A stretch of 64,000 bases of DNA. Source: Asterias rubens. Lineage: Eukaryota. Every line of letters starts with the position of its first letter. Positions within the stretch are counted from its first letter, which is position 1. Both the position numbers and the translations under genes were made by a program. A model generated the notes under the pieces. The model ran no database searches. It was given only the letters and a program-made list of their open reading frames with translations, and had not been told where the DNA came from. The stretch spans positions 1,550,001-1,614,000 of the forward strand of contig NC_047067.1 in the NCBI RefSeq assembly GCF_902459465.1, read 5' to 3'. Shown piece after piece: positions 38,957 to 51,372 of the stretch.

Positions 38957-40194
38957 AAGCACAGACACTCATCTACAACTAGCGAGGTACCTGACAGAAA
39001 AGCTGCTATTATTTGGTGTGTTTGGAAATAATAATATGATAAAATCGTTAATTTTACCCAAACTTTGTCAAGTTTGTACATGTTACCTAAAAATAAAGAT
39101 GTAGATACCGTTTCGAGACTAAAAGACCATGTCCGAATAATTGATGGGTTAGGAATGGCCGCATACGGAATGCTGGGGTACTCGCTTTGCAAGGGATGGT
39201 TATGGGGGTAAACTGGAATACCCTTTAAGCCATGGAGGACGAAATGGTTAAGCCAAATTGATTCCGTAGTTGAAGCTTAAGCCTAAACTTCTTTCTTACA
39301 AACACCCCCTTCGCATACCTGAACAAGATAAATGCTTTGTCATGATTCAATACGATGGATGAATAAGTGATGTCCTTTTCGCTCGTGTGTCTAGTTTGCT
39401 GTCTTCACTTTTCACAAATTGAACCATCTTAAATTGTTATTCGCACCAGCAAAAGTTCTGGTCAATCTTTTTCTCTTTTTTTTATTAATATTGATGAACT
39501 TTTGGGAAGATGGTGGGTCTAATGAGGTGACTCAAGGATGCCCCTATGCCGTGTATCGTCGTGTTGTTCCGCACCGATTCATCGCTACCGATCGATCGAT
39601 CCAAGTCCCTTATTGTCCGTGCTTTGTCGGGACGAGGTTGGTCTGCTCACACTTTGTACACGGCTATATAGTAGATGTCCCACAGCGCTTCTGTATGTTA
39701 TTAGCATGCTCAATGGTTTACATGTAGGTTTACTCACGGGGGCTTATTCATGGCCCGCTGGCCCCGTTACCAAGCACTGCCGTCACAGTGTCAAAAGGTT
39801 CACCCAGCGTTGGTTTTGTTTGCGCTGCTCACGGTTGAATTTTAGCAAAATGTCGGCTTGAAAGTGAGTTCTCAAAAACGCAAACTTGACTAGCACATCG
39901 AACACAAGTCGTTTGGTGTATTTGCGTATTGTTTTGCTTTAGTATGAGTGTTGCTGAATCGACAACTTCAGGGGTGGTGAATGTGGGACACCTGTTGTTT
40001 ATCAAGGTATGTATGAGTTTGATGTTTGTTTGTTAAGTGGGAACACTATCTATTATACCTGTAAAATAATTGCTTGTTATAGAATTGTTTGTTATAGAAT
40101 TGTACACGGTTTGTGAATGATGACTCGTAGTACTGTGGTATTGGGAATGAGGAAACATGAAATGGTTAATGGAAAGATTTATGCCACAAATTAA

Positions 40195-40583
40195 AGGAAC
40201 ACGTTGCCTTGGATCGGACGAGTTGGTCTATAAAAAGCGTTTGTAACCGTTTTTTATAAAATGCATGTGGTTGGAAAGATGTTTTAAAAGTAGAATACAA
40301 TGATCCACACAAGTTTGCTTCGAAATTGCGTGGTTTTCCTTTTACTGTGCGAACTAACACGGTCGGCCATTTATGGGAGTCAAGTCAAAAATTTGACTCC
40401 CATAAATGGCCGACCGTGTTAGGCGACGAGGTAAAAGGAAAACCGTGCAACTTCGAGGCATGTTTGTGTGAATCATTGTATTCTACTTTTTTTAAACATC
40501 TTTCCAACCATATGCATTTTGTAAAAAACGGTTTCAAACGCTTTTCAAAGACCAACTCGACCGATCAAAGGCAACGTGTTCCT
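40195..40583. mobile_element. Family B MITE
   Basis: Same TIRs and palindromic centre; TTAA on the left, TTAT on the right. Confidence 0.88.
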
Positions 40584-40989
40584 TTATAGTTTTTACGGTG
40601 GAAATTCTCATGACATTTCTAGGAAATTTGCTTCTTTTCAGTGTTTATACGCGGAAACACCAGGAAATTGTTCCTTGTACTTTGTTGGCTATTGGTCTTT
40701 TCAGAACCTATACTCCCTATATGACGTTGATTATTGTGTAAATTGACCAAGACAAATTATAAAATGAGTGTATTTTTTGTTGGGTCTGAAAATGTTTCAC
40801 TTGAACCAAACTCCTAAACTGGTGGTCGTAACTTGAAATTGCTAGAAACGGGTGGTAGGCCCCCCTATTGATCAGTTACTTGTTAGCTTTCACGTTCTAT
40901 TTATCAGTTTCTAAATTTCATCAAATTAGGCCATGAAAGTTCCCTCCAACAGGTTACCACTAAACTACACCGTACAAACTTGTCAAGTC

Positions 40990-41056
40990 TGTCGCGTGTT
41001 TTCGAGCTTTGGTCCCGTCAAAATGTCGCGTGTTTTCGAGCTTTGGTCCCGTCAAA
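40990..41056 (+). repeat. Perfect 33 bp tandem duplication
   Basis: tgtcgcgtgttttcgagctttggtcccgtcaaa at 40990-41022 and 41024-41056. Confidence 0.95.
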
Positions 41057-41728
41057 TTGCGGTATTCCGTTTCCTTCGCACGTTTTAGCCCTCACATCAG
41101 GTTAAAAAAACATGCAGTGAGAGATAATGTCAGCACTTCATGGTATACATCATTGGTCGATGATACCATGATTCCTCCACGATGATACCAAATCATATAA
41201 GCAAACAAATTAACCCAGGCAATATTATCTGGACGAGTTAACAACAGACTTAGATAACATAAATTGTTGGAAATAATACATTACAAGTCATCGTAAACCA
41301 TGGTAAAAGCTTGTAAGCAAATGTGCTGAAAAATACCAGAGAGGCAGCGCGACCAAAAAGGTGCCTCGCTTGACGGTTTTCAAGCAATACTGTTGGAAAT
41401 CAAACCACCAAAATAATAGTCAAGAGACTTGTAAAGTCTAACCACGGCCAGATACGTGCGTTTGAGGAAGCCATGTTTTTCCCCCGTTAATACTGTACCA
41501 AGGCCTGTGGCTTTTGCCCCTCGAATAATGAATGATTTAAACCTACTGCTTGAACTGTTGTGTGTGTGTGTGTGACAAAGATGCTGCCACAGCACAGTAA
41601 TTGTGACCCTTTGTCACACTCCTCCCATTCATCACCAGTTTGGTTGCAAATATCTGTCTCGTACTTTGGTATCTGATAAACTAGTTCGATGGATAAGGAA
41701 CAAACTATTTGCTACAGTGTTTTCGTAA

Positions 41729-42105
41729 AGGCAGTGGACACTAATGGTAATTGTCAAAGACTAGCCTTCACAGTTGGTGTATCTCAACATATGCATAAAA
41801 TAACAAACCTGTGACAATTTGAGCTCAATCGGTCATTGAAGTTGCGAGATAGTAATGAGAGAAAAAACACCCTTGTCACACGAAGTTGTGTGCGTTACAT
41901 GGTTGATTTCGAGACCTCAAGTTCTAAATCTGAGGTCTCGAAATCAAATTCGTGGAAAATTGCTTCTTTCTCGAAAACTATGGCACTTCAGAGGGAGCCG
42001 TTCCTCACAATGTTTTATACCATCAATCTCTCCGCATTACTCGTCACCAAGTAAGGTTTTATGCTAATAATTATGTTGAGTGATTACCAATATTGTCCAC
42101 TGCCT
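41729..42105. mobile_element. Family A MITE (hairpin subfamily), ending ~120 nt upstream of the 502-aa gene acceptor
   Basis: aggcagtggacac ... gtccactgcct-TTAA; gagacctca/tgaggtctc hairpin present. Confidence 0.85.
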
Positions 42106-42298
42106 TTAAACACAAACTAAATAGTCAACAACACAGATCATTGTGGGTCAACTCGGGACTAGGTCGTTTTGGTTTGCCTTGAGTAATAATTACTGCTTCT
42201 TAACATTCTTGCTATTTTTATACGTAGATTTGGGAGTAAATCTGTGAAGCTTTGACGAGAATGTTACATCAAGATGACAATGTCATGATTCAACCAAG

Positions 42299-43807
42299 AT
42301 GATGGTCCTTGGTAGCAGTGGGCCCCGAACGCGAAGTCGCGCTGAGCCTATCGTAAGGGACTCGGCTAACAGCGGGTCGAGGGCCGCACCGAAGAGCCAT
42401 CGAGTGGGTCCGGCCCCGTTCAGATCCCCGCCTAGAGATGCATTCTTCTCTATTGAAGGCTCACGTCTAGAGAGGGATAATCAGGGCCAGTCAAGACCGA
42501 ACAGCAGACTTTATGAAGACCCTTTACATGATTACTTCCCAAGTATCTCACTTGATCACGAGTTCGATGTCGGTGTTTCGTCTAGATCTCATTCGAGAAG
42601 TGAGTCGGTGCCGATTCCTAACGCCGACTCGTTCGAGGCGAGTGATGCTGATGTCACAACAAGGAGCACGACAGCGCCCCCTAACGTCGATTTGTCTCTA
42701 AAACTTTCAGATCTGGCCAACTTGGACATGAGTGCAAATGATATCACCACCGTCGGCATCGAAAAGGAACAGGAGAAGTTCAAAGCAACACGGCGTCTGA
42801 CGATTTCCTCGGCAATGGGTGCCCGGCAGCACGGGTCTCCTCGCCCGGCAAGCCTGGGTGGTGCTCGCAGGAAAAGGCTCGAGAGAGAACACGCTTATCT
42901 CCGTATGAAGTTTCGCGAGCGTCCATGTTTACGAACTGAAAGCTTTCTGAACCAAGATCTGGCAGATGAGGTGAATGACATGTCTCGCGAGTGTTGTGAC
43001 GTACTAGGTCCCAAGGCATGCCACGAGTGTGACAGGCTCAACAGGCGAAGTAACTCCGCGCTTCGAAATGAGGCTAACTTTCCGAGCCTCCATATCTCAG
43101 CGGCCAATTTCTCAACGATGACCATGGTCACTCAAGTCAGGCCCGATCTCAGCTCCAGGGAGGTGCTTGAAAGACTTGCCCAGGGTGACATCACAAGACC
43201 ACAGTCACTCCGACACCGTAAGGGAACCTCGAAAACTGGGAACAACGAAGAGGATGACGAGAAGTCAACCGAACGAAAGATCAGCATTAGCGCTTTTAGC
43301 GTCCCAGATGGACAAGGGTATTTCACAAACTTCACCGATCTACGAGAGCAGATTTTCGCCAGACAGGGCAAAACTCGCAGCAGGGAAAAACGCTTCAACG
43401 GTGCCCAGAACATGAGCAACCTGCCAGTCATCACGAACGTTGAGATCGTACCCAAGAAGGAACATGAGCGGGAAAATCCAGCCAACTATTTCGGTCCGCC
43501 CATGATGTCACGTGAGGAGATCAAACGTCAGCAGAGCCAGCCTCGCTTCTACGCAGGCGCACAGGGGAAATACGAGCTCCCGGAAGCGCCCTCGATAGAC
43601 GAGATCGTTCGGCAGGCGACGGGGGCGAGGCACCAGAAGCTCCGGGAGCCAGAGCCGCGCTCGGACACCCCGGACTCGGACATTTCTTTTCGGAGTCAGA
43701 AATCGCCAATGCCGGAGGAGAACTTAAGCGTTGATCAAGGGAAGATAAATGAAAGAAAATCAAACTTGGATGTAAATGCTAATGAAGAAACTAATGTGTT
43801 GGAATAA
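42299..43807 (+). CDS. Uncharacterised 502-aa Ser/Arg-rich, likely disordered protein with a CCDVLGPKACHEC Cys cluster
   Basis: 1509 nt ORF; in-frame TGA at 42275 upstream; acceptor cttgctatttttatacgtAG at 42226-42227; candidate upstream donor CAAG|GTATGT at 40007. Confidence 0.8.
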   Translation: MMVLGSSGPRTRSRAEPIVRDSANSGSRAAPKSHRVGPAPFRSPPRDAFFSIEGSRLERDNQGQSRPNSRLYEDPLHDYFPSISLDHEFDVGVSSRSHSRSESVPIPNADSFEASDADVTTRSTTAPPNVDLSLKLSDLANLDMSANDITTVGIEKEQEKFKATRRLTISSAMGARQHGSPRPASLGGARRKRLEREHAYLRMKFRERPCLRTESFLNQDLADEVNDMSRECCDVLGPKACHECDRLNRRSNSALRNEANFPSLHISAANFSTMTMVTQVRPDLSSREVLERLAQGDITRPQSLRHRKGTSKTGNNEEDDEKSTERKISISAFSVPDGQGYFTNFTDLREQIFARQGKTRSREKRFNGAQNMSNLPVITNVEIVPKKEHERENPANYFGPPMMSREEIKRQQSQPRFYAGAQGKYELPEAPSIDEIVRQATGARHQKLREPEPRSDTPDSDISFRSQKSPMPEENLSVDQGKINERKSNLDVNANEETNVLE

Positions 43808-46800
43808 TTTTAAATGAAACACCCATTGTTCTCAGATGAGCCTAAACTATTTTAGTTGTAGCTTCTCTATACGTAAAAAGGTGTACAACATAAACACAAT
43901 CCATAACAGACAACTGCCCCCAAAACAGAGAATATCATCTATATTCAATGTGGGGCAGATACGAACAATTTTGTGGAAATTGTGCCTTTGAATAAGCATG
44001 GATTTGGCACACAGTTAGGAATTATGCCATGAGAAATTAAAAAGATATTTGGCTTTAAATAAGACGATCGCAGATTTGTCAATTTTGTAAAAAGTCAAAT
44101 TTGTAAAGAGTATAACAAGCAATTTTTAATAATAGTCAAAATTACTGACGTCACTTGTTATTAAACCTTTATTTTTTATCAAGGAACACAATCTGCGATC
44201 ACCCTACAGCCAAATATCTTTCTGAAGTCCATGTCTGTATCATCAAAGGCACAATCCCATCACAAACCTGTCCTGCCGTACTACAAGTCCACTCAAAAAC
44301 TCCAGAGAAATCATAACACGATGCTCCCGGTAAAAACAGCCACCCCTCCCCTCCCCCTTTGTCGCTCACGAACGCAATCGCTAATCTGATTAGCAAACAT
44401 TCGTGTCAGTATTATGAATGTGTTCTTCTTGCTAAACTCGTAAAGAGTTAGTGGAAACACAGATCTCTCCCCAAAACTACAACCGTACAAACAGTTTGAC
44501 CATGGAGGTTTGACAGAGCATCCAGATTAAACCCGGTGAGTTGTTAACTACTAGAACAAACACCACTCAAAAGAAGTTTACACTCTTTTGATTATACTCA
44601 CACCATGCAAAGTTTAAAATCCTACTTACAATTAAACTATTTACATTCACTTTTTAAAGAGAAACAATGTGGAAAGAAAGGTTATTGTTTGCAATTAAAA
44701 ATACAAGATCTTTGTTCAGTATTATTGCCATCGAAATTTCCCTTTTCCAAAGTGCTATTTCTAAATAATGTATACATTGTATAAAATGTGAAAATTAATT
44801 CTTGTTCCAATTTGTTTTTTTCTGAAACAAAGTTTTCTGACTTAAAACAAACAGTGATATAACATTTGTATTATATTTATTTTCATATACATTTTTGATA
44901 TTGACCAGATTTTTAAACACAATTTATTATCTGTAATCTTTCTGTAGTCTGAGTGCTTTTTTCAAACTGCTAGTAAAGATTGTACATGATTGGTAACAAA
45001 TGTATTTTATTCACATTTTTCGGAAACTGTATGTAGCTTCGAAAAGAGCACTAAAATCACCCTGCGAAATGTATCAGCCTAAATAGCGCCACCAATCGGC
45101 AGATTTAACCATTTATACATGAAACATGTTTATAATCAGATCTTTAATTACACGTTAATTTTTACTACACGAGCATCAGCATATTTTTATGTCATTTTCG
45201 CAAAAGAGATTGCTGATAGCTCGTTTCAAAAGCTAAACATCGAAACTTGTATGACATCGACACTACTAAGTAATCGTACATGACATTTTTTGAAAATGAC
45301 GTTTTTATAGCTTGTGCAATATCTCTATATTCCTTCTAATAATATTTTCAAAGTAATATTTTCTAAGTAACACAAATTAATCAAATAAAATGGTTTCTGT
45401 TTCTTACATAAGTGTAAGACGTTTGTAAAACTTTCGATGGTGTATCATTGCCCCCCAGTCAATACCTGTACCACTAACTACCGGTCACAACTGGTCTCGG
45501 CCAACCCCAAGCCCAATGACGCAACTACGTCTCGGTCTCATACTTTCATTCCCCACTTGCAATGCCCTCTCACCACCCTATGGACTGGTAAATGATGTTT
45601 ACTTGTATCGAGGACAAACAAACTTGAAGCAACCCAGGGACCCCTACAATTGTCCAAATTGCATGATTTGCAAGCTAATTGACTGATGTATGTAATTCAG
45701 TTCTTCAGAACTTCAGAGCAAGGACCATTCTCTATGTTCAGACCGGCCTCGAATAACAGTGATCACAAAACCCATTTCACCTAATCCTCTTGTGATGCAC
45801 ACATCAAATTGCATGCTTTGGAGTTGTTTGTAGTGTGAAAAGGCAGAGGTAGAAGCCTAAACTACATGACACATCTATTCTTCTCCAAATTCCAAAACCC
45901 ACTCTTAACCCTTTGACCCTTTTGCTTCGCTCGACCTTTTCTTATTACCAATACGCTCTTATTATTAGCCCAAATAGATTCCGAATGGCAATCAAAGATA
46001 GCCGGTTGAAGTTACTTCCCTCATTAATCCAAAAATAAAACCCAACCTTCGTCATCAACACAACTGATCTAACCACGGTTGCCAAGTCATCAGCAATATA
46101 CCCTCGGTTTACAACACACACGTCGACACAGTGCATTGTCACCTGTTTGCTGTACCCAGAAATTCTTGCCTGCTTGTCGTTGTTAGGCACACTCTCTGCC
46201 ACTGGTTTCAAACGGTGAACCTCTGGGGTGGGAAGGGTAAAATACTAATAAGTTAAGCCATCTGTAAATAAAGATTCGGACGGTATGGACCACTTCAAAA
46301 GACTAAGGAGCAATTAATCAATATGTTTTCAAACATACTTTGCCAACCTCTGGTGTGGGTTGTTTTACTCTGAACTGTGAAAGGAAGATCTATGGCGATG
46401 TTTAAGAACTACAGGTGAGTACAGATGAGTGTCCTCTGATATATAGTAGATACAAGGGGAGGCAAGTTGGGGATAAAATTAAATGTTTGTTGAGTAGTTT
46501 GACTGCAGGAAAACAAAATGTTAGCTTGACGTTTCAACCCTCAGCAGAGTCTTTCTCGAAGGCTAAAATTACAACGCAACATTATATTAATATTGACTGG
46601 ATGAAACCCGATGACAATCTGGTTTCATGTTCGAATTATGCAGCAGCGGAACTCATTGAATTAGCAAATATCAAACTAAGCTTGTTATTGTAGTTTTCTG
46701 ATGAAGACAACCAGAGCAAAATGATCGAAACGTCGACTTGCACCACATGGTTATCGCAGACCATAGCTTAGCGCGGATAGTTTAACCACTGGTTTACTGC

Positions 46801-48069
46801 AGGCCACACTTTTACGTGATCATACCAATTCATATTGGAGTCAAAACCATTACTTAAATTTAAAAAATAATAAATGTGAGAACAAAATTTCATACAAAAT
46901 GATGTTCTTTAGCTGCATTTTTACCATGTCCATGTTGTGAAGGTTTTGTGGTTCTCTCACCATAAAGTGAACATTGCGATGGATTGACTTGTCTCTTTTC
47001 ATTTTAACTCAAATAAATCAACAGTGAATCCTTCATATAAAGGTTAAGCAAATTTGATGTGCCTTGCAGTCGAGCTTGCTGTATTTACCTAAAAAGCTAT
47101 CTGTATTGTTAAAAATGTAACCAATGAGGTACATGTTTATAGTGCATGACAAAGTTCACCTTATTAAAAAATACTGTGCTTGAGTAAAGTGCATAATAAT
47201 AGTCAGTCATTCGTTGTACAATGCATGGGCACAGACCAAAGAAGGTAAGCTAAAATACAATTTGTGCACTTAATTTCTTATAATAATAACTTCCACTGCT
47301 AAATCCCTTGGTTAAAGGACAGATTGATTAAACATGCATGGGAAAGTTTTTACGTTTGGGGGCGGGGGGGGGGTTAAAGTCCATAACAGTATCAACCGCC
47401 CAGTCGCGTGCAGGGCCGAATAAGCAATTGCTTTTGAAGACCCTTTGTGGGATAACCATTTTGCTTGAATATTGTTTATTGTTGACTGGGGTCTATGACA
47501 GTTTTATACTTTATAAGTCCTTGACAGCCCCCGTTCAACGTTTTAACTTCTATTCACTACACGTCTAAATATATTCAATAAAATATATTAACCCGAAGTT
47601 TCAATTGCATCGTATGCACTGGGGCAAGGGGAGATATAGGGAGAATATGAAATTGTGGGAGTTGTGCCTTTGATGATTCAAGAATAGTGTGTGGCACACA
47701 GACAGAAAGAATGTCACGAGACAGATATTTGCCTATAAGGGGATCGCAGATTTGAATTTCGAAAACACATAGATTCAATGATGTAATACTAGGCCTATCC
47801 CTTGATTCTTCCAATCAATATTGAAAGACGCTACGTAATCAGATATTTTGGTTCCAAGCGGAAAAGACAGGTGGCAGACCAAACTTATTAATTATGAAAA
47901 TTCCCAACAAGTTTTATTTCCTGGCATTTCGAGGGGGGGGGGTTCCGTGTTTTTTTTCGAAGCGTTCTGATGTAATAATGTTAATTGTGTGTTTATGGTG
48001 CTTTATTTTTGGCTCGCCGTTCATCATGTATAAAATGTCAATGGCTTCGAGTGATATAAATATATTAAG

Positions 48070-48333
48070 CAAAAAACTTACTTGCTAACGAGCAATGGGG
48101 AGCTGTTGATATATAAATTTCTATGAGATAAGTTCTCACTGAAATATTTGAATCTGAGAAAGACTTTCTCACAGGTATTTGAAAGCACACAAATTTGTAG
48201 GAAATTAAAGGCAGTGGACACTGTTGGTAATTACTCAAAATAATGATTAGCACAGAACCTTTCTTGATTACGAGTAATGGGGAGAGGTTGTTAGTATAAA
48301 ACATTGTGAGAAACAGTTCCCTCTGAAGTGACG
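48070..48333. mobile_element. Two adjacent family A fragments
   Basis: Internal fragment 48070-48200, then TTAA-aggcagtggacac at 48209. Confidence 0.65.
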
Positions 48334-48732
48334 TGGGTGTTCACCCTCTACAGAATTACACAAATAATTACCCCGACCCATGTGACATAGCAACTATCTC
48401 TCGACTGAGGAATTGAAATTTAAGTTGAAACACGGGTTTAAGCATCACTGTACCAGACATTATTGAAAACTGACATGCAAATGGCAGAGCTAGCATGGGT
48501 TGGTTATCAATGATTGATAGTCAATCCTACCAAAAAATGTACACTTCCTTATTTACAAATGTATCTTTTTATAGTTGTTTAAAGTACAGACAAAAACATA
48601 CCATGTGTCAGTCCATCTCAGGCTTGTACTTACTCCTTCTGAGTGAAGACATTGCACTTTTTCTTTAGTCAGGAGCTTTATATTTTTCATTTCTTGAGGG
48701 AAACAAAGAGTATTTAGCCATTTTGAGGTATG

Positions 48733-48945
48733 ATAATAATAATAATTATAACAAATTTGTAAGGCGCACCTTCTCTGTATAACATTCAAAGGCGCAGGTC
48801 AAGGTCAATCAAAGAACTCACAGATGTGTTCAAATGCCAATCTGAAAAGATGTGTTTTTAAGAGAGCTTTGGAAAATTTTCTGTAGACACCCAACAGAAA
48901 CAGAGCACTCCTATAGTGTTCACCATACCTCAAGAAGTGTTCAGT
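48733..48945 (-). mobile_element. Short decayed L2-type LINE 3' fragment
   Basis: Minus strand reads KALLKTHLFRLAF, then ctgcgcctttgaa...gtgcgccttacaa and a (TAT)n tail, the same layout as the 13586 element. Confidence 0.7.
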
Positions 48946-48997
48946 CTTCTACCCCCCCCCCCCCCCCCAACCACCCACCCCAATGGTTCGCAATTAA

Positions 48998-49091
48998 AGG
49001 AACACGGTTGCCTTGGATCGGTCGTGTTGGTCTTTGAAAAGCATTTGTAACCGTTTGTTACAAAATGCATATGGTTAGAAAAATGTCTTAA
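48998..49091. mobile_element. Family B left arm, interrupted at its internal TTAA by a family A copy
   Basis: ttaaaggaacacggttgccttggatcgg... runs to aaatgtcTTAA, where family A begins. Confidence 0.75.
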
Positions 49092-49459
49092 AGGCAGTGG
49101 ACACTATTGGTGATAACTTAAAATATTTATTAGCATAAAACCTTTCTTGGTGACGAGTAAGGGGGAGAGGTAGATGGTATAAAACATTGTGATAAACGGC
49201 TCCATCTGAAGTGCCATAGTTTTCGAGAAAGAAGTAATTTTCCACGAATTTGATTTCGAGACCACAGATTTAGAATTTGAGGTCTCGAAATTAAGCATCT
49301 GAAAGCACACAACTTCGTGTGACCATGGTGCGACAAGGGTGTTTTTTCTTTCATTAATATCTCGCAACTTCGACGACCGATTGAGCTCAAATGTTCACAG
49401 GTTTGTTAGTTTATGCATATGTTGAGATACAGCAACTGCGATGACTAGTCTTTGACAAT
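49092..49459. mobile_element. Family A MITE (hairpin subfamily) lacking its right TIR
   Basis: Left TIR follows TTAA 49088-49091; homology stops at gtctttgacaat. Confidence 0.8.
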
Positions 49460-50096
49460 AACTTTGAACAATTAGCATAACAAAATAAGCTTGCATAGTG
49501 CAAGGCGTGCCCATCTTATTGTGACAGTCATGGAGGAAGATTTATATTGCAGTTATTGATGAATATAATCTACAGTGGGAAGAAGCCTGGGGCCAAGCAG
49601 ATGGCTTCGAAATTGATCAATTCAGCTTTCGAAATTGGACGGTCTTTCATCTGTTAAAATACAACCTCACTCATTAAAAACCTTTGAGTGTAATTCAAAT
49701 TGCTCCAAAAGAGCAGTTCCTTAAAAAGGAAATTAGTTAGTGAATACGCAGTTTTAGGAAAGGAAAGCCCGCTGTATGTGAAGCCACAGGTGGCCGCTCA
49801 CAACTGGTAATAAATAATAAATAAAAAACACGGTATTAAAACAACTTCCGTTGTCATAATCATGCAATCAGAAATAATGGTTGTAATTCTTGCATATCTT
49901 GGGTCAACAAAGAAATGCATACAAAACGTTGAAAGGGCAAATACCTACTGGCCATTGTTTTTTTATTATAATGATAATAGTTAAAAGTAATAGTTCAAAA
50001 CAACCGATGAGATTTTTGCAGCTGAGGTGTCTCAAACCGCTAACCACTAAAGACCACATTTTGTTGACGCTTTACAAAACGGGAATGAAAGAAACA

Positions 50097-50261
50097 GGGC
50101 AATTTCGAAACCACGATTTTAAGCTTGGGCTCCGGCTTAGACTCCTGCTTAGACTCCGGCTTATGCTCCGTCCGTGTGTTTTACGCACCGTACCAAAAAC
50201 ACACGGTTTTCAATACAACTGACGGAGCTCGAATCCAAAGCACATGGTTTCGAAATGGCCC
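50097..50261. mobile_element. MITE with TIR GGGC(A/C)ATTTCGAAACCA and internal (ctccggcttag)-like repeats
   Basis: 17 bp near-perfect TIR; about three gctccggctta units inside. Confidence 0.7.
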
Positions 50262-50381
50262 CGTAACGTGTTTCTCAATCCGATTAGCATCACCATTGGA
50301 GGACATCCAGAGGCGGATTCCTCCTCATGTCTGTTTCCTGTGACGTAGATCACAGTTGTCAAAGCAGGTGACAAAGATGCG

Positions 50382-50395
50382 GTTGCTATGGTTAC
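50382..50395. promoter_or_regulatory. RFX X-box
   Basis: GTTGCTATGGTTAC (reverse GTAACCATAGCAAC) fits GTHNYY-AT-RRNAAC with no mismatch and lies outside any recognised MITE. Confidence 0.55.
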
Positions 50396-51362
50396 AGGGA
50401 GGTCATCCATCCGTCAAACACGACACCCATGGTGCATCATCTGTCAGTAATGGATTTCACGCACGGTTTTGAATACATAAGGCAACCGTTTTGTTGGTTT
50501 TTTGGGTTGCTACAGAAATCCATCTGAAAACAATGTTGTCCATTTTCCTATCCTCTTCATTTAGCTTTCCGAGGTTGGTAGAGTTCTGGGCCCCATTTCT
50601 TAAAGCCTGTTAGCACAAAAACTTGAGCACAGCAAAGAAATAGGTTACCAGCCAAAATTAGATTACATTTACTTCGTTTTGACTGGTGCCCAAATCACCA
50701 TCTTCTGAAAGATTGCCAACTTCAGGGAGATGTTACTAAGCATTCTGCCTATAATGGGTTTTTATATGGTGGCCATCTTGGAAACCAAAAATTGGCACCA
50801 TAATACGTCTTGGGGAAGTGGTGCCTATCAAACAAGTAAAGCTGGGTAAAGGAGCATGTGGACACAATAATTGTTGTGCTTTTGTCGAAACGTCCACATC
50901 CATCTCAATATTGGACTCGAATCCGTCAGGGATCTGTCACAAAAGATAATGTGTGACATTTGGCTTATCTGAAAGAAGTTTCCCCGAGGGCAGAGTTATT
51001 GTTTTCTTTGCTGAACAAATTGTGTTCTTAAACAGCTCGATAAAGGGACGTACTTGCCCAAATATTGATTTTCACCACAACGTCTTGATACACAAAGTTT
51101 GTGTATGTTTCAGTGGGAAGATGGGGTCATCAACGCTCCAATGGCACCCGTATCAGAAAATTCCAAAACTCTCCATCTCTGTTTTCATTTCGTTTGACCA
51201 TGGACCTCCATTGTTTAACCTTCCCGGTTGGTGTCAAGCCTGTTACTTTTATGATATTAGTTACTTCCCATCACTAACAATAGCTGTGACATTCTCAAGC
51301 AATCACTGTAATTGTGTATACAGACCCTTCCGTACGAAGAAGGTGGGATAATGACAGTATTG

Positions 51363-51372
51363 GCGCATGCGC
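51363..51372. promoter_or_regulatory. NRF1-type palindrome GCGCATGCGC
   Basis: Exact core, next to a C-tract, ~380 nt upstream of the 51752 candidate exon. Confidence 0.45.

Noticed and set aside
50880-51351. Coding-looking composition and a 132-aa ORF
   Set aside because: The listed ORF starts at a GTG, the minus-strand frames are interrupted by stops, and I recognise no motif.
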